A DNA stretch of 20,000 bases from positions 115,793 to 135,792 of the IMG/VR virus record IMGVR_UViG_3300042890_004141. One strand, given 5' to 3'. A program made the translations under genes and the position numbers. Below the pieces are notes generated by a model that was not told the origin of the DNA, searched no databases, and worked only from the letters and a program-made list of their open reading frames with translations. Positions within the stretch are counted from its first letter, which is position 1; the number at the start of each line of letters is the position of its first letter. This stretch comes from an uncultured virus (IMG/VR IMGVR_UViG_3300042890_004141) (taxonomy: Duplodnaviria; Heunggongvirae; Uroviricota; Caudoviricetes). Of the stretch, positions 1 through 7,203 are shown piece by piece.

Positions 1-1
1 A

Positions 2-733
2 TTCTTGGGCGGCTAATCTAGGATCACCTAGTAATTCATCTTGTCTTTTTCTCCAATCCTCATTTCGTTCTGGGTGGACATACCAAGGTAATTTAATTGG
101 CAAGAAGTCATTTTCAGCATTTTCAGCTGATACCCATGTTTTATGAAACCAGTTTCCAGTACCATAAGGAGTAGACAACACAATAGCACCACCACCAGTT
201 GCTAACGTTTGTTGAGCAGAAGCCCAAATCTCACCGATTTGTTCAATAAACGCTGCCTCATCGACAATTAGCAAAGATACTGCTTCTGATCGACCAGCAT
301 CACTACTTGCTGAAGTGGCTTTAATTTGAGATCCATTACTTAATCGTAATGTTAGTTTGTTATTTTCTTCAGCTTCAATTTTTAACCATGAAGGTAAGTT
401 ATCAAACATAAACTTAACCTTGGTTACCATGTTTTTAGCTGTTTCTTGCTTAGTTGCAATACACAACACGTTTTTATCTTTATGGAATAACATTAACCAT
501 AAAGAATAACCAGCAGCTAAAGTTGATATACCTAACTGACGAGACTTAAGTACAATTGAATATGGATTATCTCTCCATAAGTGTAATACCTTATCTTGGA
601 AAGGATACAAATTGAATATCACTCGACCTCTTTGTGGGTGCTGGATATTACAATATTTTTTCATAAAGTGGGCTGGATCTTGGGCACACTTTAAGTATTC
701 TTCTCTGATTATTTGTCTTAAATCCTGACTCAT
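2..733 (-). CDS. terL: Phage terminase large subunit (T4 gp17-like), N-terminal ATPase part; runs off the window edge
   Basis: Not in the ORF track. Manual translation from ATG at 733 gives MSQDLRQIIREEYLKCAQDPAHFMKKYCNIQHPQRG...LYPFQ (Q motif)...LKSRQLGIST (Walker A)...LLIVDEAAF (Walker B)...VLSTPYG (motif III)...GDPRLAAQE. ATGA overlap with the upstream stop. Confidence 0.95.
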   Translation of the reverse strand, partial: MSQDLRQIIREEYLKCAQDPAHFMKKYCNIQHPQRGRVIFNLYPFQDKVLHLWRDNPYSIVLKSRQLGISTLAAGYSLWLMLFHKDKNVLCIATKQETAKNMVTKVKFMFDNLPSWLKIEAEENNKLTLRLSNGSQIKATSASSDAGRSEAVSLLIVDEAAFIEQIGEIWASAQQTLATGGGAIVLSTPYGTGNWFHKTWVSAENAENDFLPIKLPWYVHPERNEDWRKRQDELLGDPRLAAQE

Positions 734-1137
734 AAAAGAGCTACTAGAAAACCAATTGTTGTTATAAAGAAAGCACCTACAATACCTCTAAATTTAGATT
801 CAAGGTCAGTTATCTTTTTATTTCTTTCTTCAATCTGTCCGTCTTTAGCTTTAATAATGCCCTTTTGATCTTCTATTTTACCTTCTAAAACTATTCTTGT
901 AGTATCACAAATAAATAAGGCACTATCTTGTCTAAGGATAATTGTACTCATAGTAGAGATAGAGTCACGAGAAATTACTAATTCTTTTTTAAGATTATCT
1001 CTATCAGCTTTAACTAATAAAGCATTTTTTAAGGATTTAATGGGAACTATTACCGTTGAATCACTTAAACGCTGTTGTGAACTGGCTGATGATATCATCA
1101 TCAGACATACTATTAAGGCGATCGCGTTCTTTTTCAT
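730..1137 (-). CDS. Exported/membrane coiled-coil protein with signal peptide and C-terminal TM helix (possible spanin-like component)
   Basis: Probable start is ATG 1137 (MKKNAIALIVCLMMISSASS|QQ), a Sec-type signal. A heptad-rich middle follows, then a hydrophobic C-terminus (IVGAFFITTIGFLVALL). Overlaps the upstream gene by 77 nt. Confidence 0.6.
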   Translation of the reverse strand: MKKNAIALIVCLMMISSASSQQRLSDSTVIVPIKSLKNALLVKADRDNLKKELVISRDSISTMSTIILRQDSALFICDTTRIVLEGKIEDQKGIIKAKDGQIEERNKKITDLESKFRGIVGAFFITTIGFLVALL

Positions 1138-1402
1138 ATTGGTCTTTGTATTGTTGAGCTTTTTTAGCAATACCAGCTAATTTAGCTTTGTCTATTTCAA
1201 TTAATGAGTCTAAAATTTTCCTAGTAGAATCTAAAGATGAAATAATTGTGTCTTTTTTACTAATTTCAAGCGCTAAAGAATCTATAGTTTTTTGGTATTG
1301 TTTGTCTTTGTCTGAGGAATAACCTTGTTTATAAGTAAATAACCCATAGATTATTACACCTAATAAACAAACTAAAACCAATTGTAAAACAAATTTTTTC
1401 AT
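1061..1402 (-). CDS. N-terminally anchored coiled-coil membrane protein (i-spanin-like architecture)
   Basis: N-terminal TM (FVLQLVLVCLLGVIIYGLF) followed by a helical coiled-coil region. Confidence 0.6.
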   Translation of the reverse strand: MKKFVLQLVLVCLLGVIIYGLFTYKQGYSSDKDKQYQKTIDSLALEISKKDTIISSLDSTRKILDSLIEIDKAKLAGIAKKAQQYKDQYEKERDRLNSMSDDDIISQFTTAFK

Positions 1403-1403
1403 A

Positions 1404-1844
1404 TTAATCTTCTTCAGAAGAAGGAAGAATAATTTTTTCTAATGCTTTTTTATCAGCAGTTAATTTTTTTAATTCATCCTTAATTTTTTCTTTTTTATCA
1501 CCTTTAGCTTCAGTGTATTCTTTAGCTAATTCTTTCATTTTAGTTACAAGTTTTTGTAATTTATTTGAAGCAGTAGTGATTGAATCTTTTTTTTCTAATT
1601 CTGCTTTTGATGGTTCTTGGTCTTCATCATCTGATTCAAATACAGGAAAACCAAATAAAACAGCAGCTATTGTTTGCTCATCTGTTCCTAATTTTTTAGC
1701 TACATCATTAAAGGTAGTAGATGGATTTTTACCAAACATTTCATTATATGTTTTTTTAATTACATCAGATGTTGGTTTAGTATCTTCAGATAAAAGTTCG
1801 TATATGTTATCTTTAATTTGCTTCTTTAATTCAGACAATTTCAT
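1404..1844 (-). CDS. Hypothetical protein with shared leader motif (putative virion internal protein)
   Basis: Likely start ATG 1844 (MKLSELKKQIKDNIYELLSE), just downstream of an ATATTTAT motif; K/E-rich helical C-terminus. Confidence 0.7.
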   Translation of the reverse strand: MKLSELKKQIKDNIYELLSEDTKPTSDVIKKTYNEMFGKNPSTTFNDVAKKLGTDEQTIAAVLFGFPVFESDDEDQEPSKAELEKKDSITTASNKLQKLVTKMKELAKEYTEAKGDKKEKIKDELKKLTADKKALEKIILPSSEED

Positions 1845-1848
1845 GATA

Positions 1849-1856
1849 ATAAATAT
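1849..1856 (-). promoter_or_regulatory. Putative phage late-promoter motif ATATTTAT
   Basis: Same octamer sits just upstream of starts at 1844, 6216, 12514, 13999 and 19789. Confidence 0.55.
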
Positions 1857-2386
1857 CAACCAAAGATTGTTTCTTTAATTTTTGCAATACGTTCTTCAGT
1901 AGTACCTGAAAGTTCAACTAGTTTTTTAATTTTATGACTACTTCTATATAAAATCAAATGAATAATACTGTCAATAGTTTCTCTATATTTCAAATCAGTA
2001 GTTCTAACTCCATTATCTTCCATTTCAACACCAACAGGAGATACATAAAAAATATAATCATATTCTTCAACTAATTTATAAGCAGCATCACAAAACGCTT
2101 CAGCCTCATAATAATCAATTGATTTAGCTGCTTTAGTAAACGCCATAACATCAATTACAGTACGATCTGTAATAATATTTTCATACATTAACTCAGCACA
2201 ACGTTCAGCTAAAAATATAAATTGACCTTTTAATGTTGAATCAGTATTCAATGGAATACCTAAATCACGCAAGTACTTAGAACGTTCAGTAGCAAAATTA
2301 TAATCTGCAAATTCAGGTAATTCTTTCAAAGCATTTACCAATGTAGTTTTACCTACACTCATTGTTCCACACAATCCTATCTTCAT
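1856..2386 (-). CDS. NadR/Ttd14-like (AAA_28) P-loop nucleotide/nucleoside kinase
   Basis: True start is probably ATG 2386 (MKIGLCGTMSVGKTTLVNAL, Walker A). Also IITDRTVID, YDYIFYV and EDNGVR lid motifs typical of this kinase family. Confidence 0.8.
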   Translation of the reverse strand: MKIGLCGTMSVGKTTLVNALKELPEFADYNFATERSKYLRDLGIPLNTDSTLKGQFIFLAERCAELMYENIITDRTVIDVMAFTKAAKSIDYYEAEAFCDAAYKLVEEYDYIFYVSPVGVEMEDNGVRTTDLKYRETIDSIIHLILYRSSHKIKKLVELSGTTEERIAKIKETIFG

Positions 2387-2387
2387 A

Positions 2388-2636
2388 TTAGTTTCTATTT
2401 TGACCTGCCTGACCCATTGCTGTTTTGTACCAAGGTAAACCTTCACGATTGCGTCTTCTTTCTTTCCAATCATCATGACTATATTGAATACCATGAATAT
2501 GATATTCTTTTTTACCATTTGGATGGATTAAAGCTGCTTCTTCCATATTGTGCAATTTCCCTTCCCAAACCCAAGCAATAGTACCATCAGCTTTTACTAA
2601 TTTTTTACTTGGTTGAAATTTATTTTTATCACTCAT
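2388..2636 (-). CDS. Small hypothetical phage protein (one LHxxxxPA-like beta-repeat unit)
   Basis: GTIAWVWEGKLHNMEEAALIHPNGKKEYHIHG resembles the common phage 'GKLHRxDGPA...G.KEWY..G' repeat unit; has its own promoter-like motif. Confidence 0.65.
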   Translation of the reverse strand: MSDKNKFQPSKKLVKADGTIAWVWEGKLHNMEEAALIHPNGKKEYHIHGIQYSHDDWKERRRNREGLPWYKTAMGQAGQNRN

Positions 2637-2642
2637 AATATT

Positions 2643-2672
2643 AATATAACATATTTTTTACAAAAAGCCAAA
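2643..2672 (-). promoter_or_regulatory. Putative Bacteroidota-type (-33/-7) promoter TTTGGC-N18-TATATT
   Basis: Identical boxes and spacing at 4039-4068; a variant at 19807-19836. Confidence 0.65.
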
Positions 2673-2674
2673 CA

Positions 2675-4033
2675 TTATTTCCAGCTAATAATATCACCAT
2701 GCAAATTATCCCACTCGCATCCTTTATTAATTAATTTAGATACAGCTAAAATACCTTGAGCACCTGATACTGTAATACCACGAGCTGATAAAGCATCTCC
2801 TACAAAGTGAACATTCTGGTATTCAACTAAAGCTAAATCACTATGATAAACAAGTGGTTCAGGTGAAAGATATTTTACTTCAGGAACATAAACACCCCAA
2901 TCATCTTGTAATGTTGGAAATACTTTTTTCATATCTTCAATAAAGTCTTCAATATAATCCCAATACTCACCCATTCCCTGTCTTACAATACTTAAATTAT
3001 CAATTTGAACAGAACTAACTCTTTCACCTTCTGATGTTGTTGATGGTTTACGAGATGGACTATAATATAAACCTGTTCCAGCAAACTGTAATTCATTTAC
3101 TACTTTACGAGACCAAGCAAATGGATCTTCAATGTTATTAATTTCCATAATAATACCAAAGTTAGTCATGTTGTTTCTATAACGTTCATCTTTTTTAGCA
3201 TGACCATTATATGAATGATTACCGTAAGTGTCTTCTACAGCAACATAAGCGGCATTATTATTAGTACAAAACGAACGTAATGAAACACCTTTATCTTCAA
3301 ACTTACGATACAATTTAAAATCATAACTAATGTCAATTAGTTTCTGAAAGTGTTTTTGTGGTGCTTCAAATCGAACTCCAATTTGTACTGATTTAGGTTC
3401 AGTTTCTAGTTGATATTCGTCTTGAATACTTTGAGCAAAGTCAATACCTGATTTACCTACTCCAAAAATCAATTCATTATATTCAATAGCATATTGTCCT
3501 TCTTTGCCTTTAACAGTTACATAAACTAAATTAGATTCAAAGTCAACTTTAAACACACGTTCATTCCAAACAAACTTAACACCTTTAGACACTAAATAAT
3601 CATACCAATTCTTACCAATTTCATGAAGATAATCTGTACCAACATGCCATACAGGAAATAAACGAAGACCAAAATATGGTTTAATAAAGTCTGGTTCTTC
3701 TACTGGATTTGAACATTGTACTTCTTCAGGTTTAGGGTGAAATCGTTTAAAGTTATTAATAACTTCATCCATTAATTCCATTGCTTTCTTTTCACCAACA
3801 TACTTTGAAAGTTGACCTCCAATTGCTGTATGGTAAGTCAATTTACCATCAGACCAACCTCCAGCACCTAGAAAACCTGTCATTACTTCTTCTGGTTTTC
3901 GGTTGTAAGGATCATTACCCATGTCAATGATAGTAATGTTTTTGCCTGGATAACCATTGTCAACTAATTTAGTAGCGGCATTAACACCTGCTACACCTGC
4001 TCCTACAATTACAATTTTCTTATTCATGTTCAT
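2675..4033 (-). CDS. FAD-dependent oxidoreductase (COG2509-like uncharacterised flavoprotein)
   Basis: Rossmann IVIVGAGVAG, GAGGWSDGKL, RSFC...NGH...TNFG and C-terminal FVGD...GI..SGAQG motifs. The start could be 4033 or 4027. Confidence 0.85.
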   Translation of the reverse strand: MNMNKKIVIVGAGVAGVNAATKLVDNGYPGKNITIIDMGNDPYNRKPEEVMTGFLGAGGWSDGKLTYHTAIGGQLSKYVGEKKAMELMDEVINNFKRFHPKPEEVQCSNPVEEPDFIKPYFGLRLFPVWHVGTDYLHEIGKNWYDYLVSKGVKFVWNERVFKVDFESNLVYVTVKGKEGQYAIEYNELIFGVGKSGIDFAQSIQDEYQLETEPKSVQIGVRFEAPQKHFQKLIDISYDFKLYRKFEDKGVSLRSFCTNNNAAYVAVEDTYGNHSYNGHAKKDERYRNNMTNFGIIMEINNIEDPFAWSRKVVNELQFAGTGLYYSPSRKPSTTSEGERVSSVQIDNLSIVRQGMGEYWDYIEDFIEDMKKVFPTLQDDWGVYVPEVKYLSPEPLVYHSDLALVEYQNVHFVGDALSARGITVSGAQGILAVSKLINKGCEWDNLHGDIISWK

Positions 4034-4038
4034 TTGTT

Positions 4039-4068
4039 AATATATCATACTTTACACTAAAAGCCAAA
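4039..4068 (-). promoter_or_regulatory. Putative Bacteroidota-type (-33/-7) promoter TTTGGC-N18-TATATT
   Basis: Exact match in boxes and spacing to 2643-2672; lies 5 nt upstream of the oxidoreductase ATG at 4033. Confidence 0.65.
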
Positions 4069-4071
4069 TTA

Positions 4072-4145
4072 AAGATGGCACCTTTTTAGGGGCGCCACAG
4101 CTGCCATATATTAGACTCTTGCGAGCGACTGGCTATGAATCAGTC
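4072..4145 (-). ncRNA. Candidate structured RNA (pseudoknot; ribozyme- or riboswitch-like) with alternative terminator hairpin
   Basis: GC-rich island in AT-rich DNA. Pairings on the minus strand: GACUG/CAGUC, GCUC-GCAA-GAGU (GNRA loop), loop CAUAGC with GCUGUG, and AUGGCA/UGCCAU. Alternative fold: UGGCGCC/GGUGCCA followed by UCUUUAAUUU. Confidence 0.5.
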
Positions 4146-4412
4146 TTTATTTATTTTAATTACAAGTTTTCCTTCGCCTTTTATAACTCGGTGCCACTCA
4201 TGTCTTAATATACATATCAAAAGGTTAGGTTCCAAATTCCAAGGTAATTCATTTTCAAACTGGAATTTCCATCCTTTACCTGGTTCAATAATTTCAATTG
4301 TTCTATCTTCATCATCACGATGCCACATTAGCTCTATAGGGTCAATGTTTTCATCAAATTCCCTAATAATGTATTTGTCTGTAACCTCTAAATCTTTATA
4401 CGGCTTTGTCAT
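4140..4412 (-). CDS. Small cupin-like protein
   Basis: Probable start ATG 4412 (MTKPYKD). LMWHRDDEDR and RHEWHRVIKG resemble cupin metal-binding motifs 1 and 2. Confidence 0.65.
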   Translation of the reverse strand: MTKPYKDLEVTDKYIIREFDENIDPIELMWHRDDEDRTIEIIEPGKGWKFQFENELPWNLEPNLLICILRHEWHRVIKGEGKLVIKINKD

Positions 4413-4821
4413 TTGTGATAGGACCACCTACAACCCAAGCATCACAAGTTCGAGCCGCAGCACATTTAAATTTTAAAAACCTGCAGTATCCTAATTGGCC
4501 TGCTTCAATAACATCAAATGGATCTTCAGTACCTTCATCATCACCAATCCCTTTAGCTATACAATCTAATGTTTTAGTTGTAACATCAAAAGCAGCGCAA
4601 TTACCACAACGAGATGTTTTAGCTTCTTTTACAGAATCAAGCTTCCACATATCTGCTTTAGCCTGCCAGAATTTATTATTTGGTTGATTAGGATTTAAGG
4701 GACCATATCCATACTCATTAATTGCCTTCTGTCTATTCTGGAGATTAAGTTCAATATTTTGAGTTGGTGCAGGGCATTTTGCTACCTCTGCCTCACTTAG
4801 TATATCTAATAAATTGATCAT
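4396..4821 (-). CDS. Cys-rich protein with HiPIP-like Cys spacing and shared leader
   Basis: RCGNCAAF...GYCRFLKFKCAAARTCDAW; N-terminus MINLLDILSE. Confidence 0.6.
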   Translation of the reverse strand: MINLLDILSEAEVAKCPAPTQNIELNLQNRQKAINEYGYGPLNPNQPNNKFWQAKADMWKLDSVKEAKTSRCGNCAAFDVTTKTLDCIAKGIGDDEGTEDPFDVIEAGQLGYCRFLKFKCAAARTCDAWVVGGPITNDKAV

Positions 4822-5147
4822 TTTTTATTTCTAATTAAAAGTTCACCTAAAACCTCTAAACGACCAACTTCTCTTTGAAAATCTACAGGAGACATATTAA
4901 GAGATATTTTTCCTAAGGTTTGATTAAATTCTTGTTTAGCCTTTTTTTCATCAAATTTACCTTTTGATGCTTTATCATAGTAAGGAGCTTTAACTTTAAA
5001 ATGATTATAAGTTAACATAGCTAAACCACCTTTTGATTGAGCTGTATCTGCTATTTTAGATGCACCTTCACCTCTAGTTTTAGCAAACTCTTCAAAAGTT
5101 TCTTTAACTTTTTTTGCTTCGTTTAATATATCTTGAAATTTAATCAT
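4818..5147 (-). CDS. Hypothetical protein with shared leader
   Basis: Begins MIKFQDILNE; ATGA coupling to the downstream gene. Confidence 0.7.
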   Translation of the reverse strand: MIKFQDILNEAKKVKETFEEFAKTRGEGASKIADTAQSKGGLAMLTYNHFKVKAPYYDKASKGKFDEKKAKQEFNQTLGKISLNMSPVDFQREVGRLEVLGELLIRNKK

Positions 5148-5152
5148 TTGGC

Positions 5153-5584
5153 TTATTGTGCTTTTTTAGTATTTTTCACAAATTGTTTTCCTTTTTTACC
5201 CCCAGCTATCTTTTTAGCAACTGTTGATCTTCTTTCAGATTGGGATAAAGATTGAGCTTTTGCTTGGGGTAAACAACGAGTTGTAGCTTTACCTTTTTTC
5301 ATAGTACCACAATCACCAGTTATATTACCTTGTGTATCTATACGAACCCATTTTTCCTTAAACCAATCACGAAGACTTTCTTGAATTATTTTTTTTAATT
5401 GTTCTTCATCAATTTGTCCCTTACATACTTTAGCGGCTCTACCTGAAAGATAAGCTGAATGTTTTTCACCTCCGCCTCCTTTAGATTTAGGTTTCATTCT
5501 TCTTTGACGATATGCTTCGCCTTTTTTACAAAGTTTTTTTTCAGTAATTATTTCTTTAATAAGTTTTTTTAATTTATCTTCCAT
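5153..5584 (-). CDS. Basic phage protein, DUF5872-like
   Basis: Start ATG 5584 overlaps the upstream TAA (TAATG). Motifs SAYLSGRAAKVCK and LRDWFKEKWV...CG...RCLP recall DUF5872-type viral proteins (recognised from memory only). Confidence 0.6.
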   Translation of the reverse strand: MEDKLKKLIKEIITEKKLCKKGEAYRQRRMKPKSKGGGGEKHSAYLSGRAAKVCKGQIDEEQLKKIIQESLRDWFKEKWVRIDTQGNITGDCGTMKKGKATTRCLPQAKAQSLSQSERRSTVAKKIAGGKKGKQFVKNTKKAQ

Positions 5585-6216
5585 TACCAAAATCCTGAAA
5601 AGTTTGACTTTAATCCTAATAATTTAGCGTAGCGAGGTAAACGACAAGACCAATAAGATGCTTTAGTTCTATCTTTTTTGTTAGGACAATCATGTCTTTT
5701 AGAAAAAGCAGCTCTTGCTTTTGAATTATTTATTTTAGCTGATAAGCCTGAAGTATCACCAAAGGATACTTTTTTAATTTTACCTTTATCTTTTACATAA
5801 ACATAAAACTTTTTAGCTCCACCACGTTTTGGTTTACCAATTGGTGGGTCTTTTTTTTCTTCTTCTAGTTCCATATCTTCCATTATGAAATCTAATGGAA
5901 CTTTTTTATCTTCATAAATACCAAATTCACCTAAATGTGTTTCGGTTAATATAGCTAAATCATCACCTGAAAAATCTAAAATACCACGAGTGTATAATGT
6001 TCTCGCTTCAGCCCATAAATTAAAATAATTTGATGAACCAGCGCGGTATACATGCTCAGTAAGCGGTTTTTTATTGTCTATATGGTACTTTAATCCCTCA
6101 GACAATATCTCTCGCGGAGCAACACTTTCGTTTAATATAGGCGCTTTAGTTGGCTTTGTCGCTGTACAACAATCCTTATTTTCTAAAGTTTCCCTAATTA
6201 ACTGTTTTAAATTCAT
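5584..6216 (-). CDS. Two-module phage protein; basic C-terminal module DUF5754/DUF6321-like
   Basis: C-terminal KKVSFGD...ARAAFSKRHDC...ASYWSCR motif; leader MNLKQLIRETLE. Confidence 0.6.
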   Translation of the reverse strand: MNLKQLIRETLENKDCCTATKPTKAPILNESVAPREILSEGLKYHIDNKKPLTEHVYRAGSSNYFNLWAEARTLYTRGILDFSGDDLAILTETHLGEFGIYEDKKVPLDFIMEDMELEEEKKDPPIGKPKRGGAKKFYVYVKDKGKIKKVSFGDTSGLSAKINNSKARAAFSKRHDCPNKKDRTKASYWSCRLPRYAKLLGLKSNFSGFW

Positions 6217-6220
6217 AGTT

Positions 6221-6228
6221 ATAAATAT
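6221..6228 (-). promoter_or_regulatory. Putative phage late-promoter motif ATATTTAT
   Basis: 4 nt upstream of ATG 6216. Confidence 0.55.
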
Positions 6229-7202
6229 TACTTAAATAATTTAGGAAAATTCATTCCTAACTCTGATGAAGAAACATAAACACCATTTAATATTCTTTCA
6301 TCATCTATAGCATCCACTATAGCATCATTTATAGTATAAAATTTACCTTGTCCTGTTTCACTTACGTTTAATATAAATCCTATTTCTTTACCCATTCTTG
6401 GTTTTTTAAGAAGTTTAGTTTTTAGTATTCTTTTTAAAAGTTTAGCAGCACCTTCTTCAGCAGTAGCATCAGATGATAAACCTAATTTAGCATATAATGA
6501 ATCAATACGAGAATATAAAGGTTTAAACATTTCTACATCTCTTAATGCTTTATTTTTTTCAAGACTAGCCATAATAGAAAAAGCAGGAACAATATCTCTA
6601 GCTTTAAAGTTACCTGGATTGATTGTGATTTGTTTTGTTTCATCAAACTCACTAAATAATGTTAAAATACCAAATACTTTATTTAGTAAAGCTACATTTT
6701 CTTTATCATTAGCAAATTTACCTAAAGTAATATTTGATGTATCATATGATTTAATTTCACATCCATACCCATCAATAGTTAAATCCGGGTCTTCACCTTT
6801 TCTTGAGTCAGTTACAGTGTGTGGTTTAGCATTATATTCAAAAGCCCAATAAGTAGCTATTTCTCCTTTACCAGCTCCCGCTGTTGGAACATCACTGTCT
6901 TTTTTTAATGGTAAAATAGGATATAATTTAGACCAAATACCTTCATCTTCACCTTCTAAATTAAAATCAGTACCTAAAGTTAAAGAAGTTTTACAAGTTG
7001 GAATTGATTCATTTTCTTGTAAACCTAAAGCTTTACGTATCCTTTGATCATAATCAGATTGAGCTTCATTAATATTTTTATCACCAGTAATATTTCCTAT
7101 TAATTCAAACAATAATCTTTTGTCCTTAGGATTACTGATATCAGGATATCCCTTATCAAATTTGTAACTGTATTTTTTAAAAAACAGATCTAGGGCATCC
7201 AT
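6228..7202 (-). CDS. Putative PD-(D/E)XK nuclease-fold protein
   Basis: GAGKGEIA...EDPDLTIDGYGCEIKS matches the E...PD-x(n)-E-x-K catalytic arrangement. Confidence 0.55.
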   Translation of the reverse strand: MDALDLFFKKYSYKFDKGYPDISNPKDKRLLFELIGNITGDKNINEAQSDYDQRIRKALGLQENESIPTCKTSLTLGTDFNLEGEDEGIWSKLYPILPLKKDSDVPTAGAGKGEIATYWAFEYNAKPHTVTDSRKGEDPDLTIDGYGCEIKSYDTSNITLGKFANDKENVALLNKVFGILTLFSEFDETKQITINPGNFKARDIVPAFSIMASLEKNKALRDVEMFKPLYSRIDSLYAKLGLSSDATAEEGAAKLLKRILKTKLLKKPRMGKEIGFILNVSETGQGKFYTINDAIVDAIDDERILNGVYVSSSELGMNFPKLFK

Positions 7203-7203
7203 T

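Noticed and set aside
2387..2518. 44-aa N-terminal extension of the NadR-like kinase
   Set aside because: It overlaps the upstream gene; ATG 2386 directly follows that gene's stop and starts the P-loop strand.
4086..4142. UGA readthrough or selenocysteine extension of the cupin (would add FIASRSQESNIWQLWRP)
   Set aside because: The cupin fold looks complete at the UGA, there is no Cys-equivalent context, and the hairpin does not resemble a bacterial SECIS. It remains only a remote alternative for the RNA structure.
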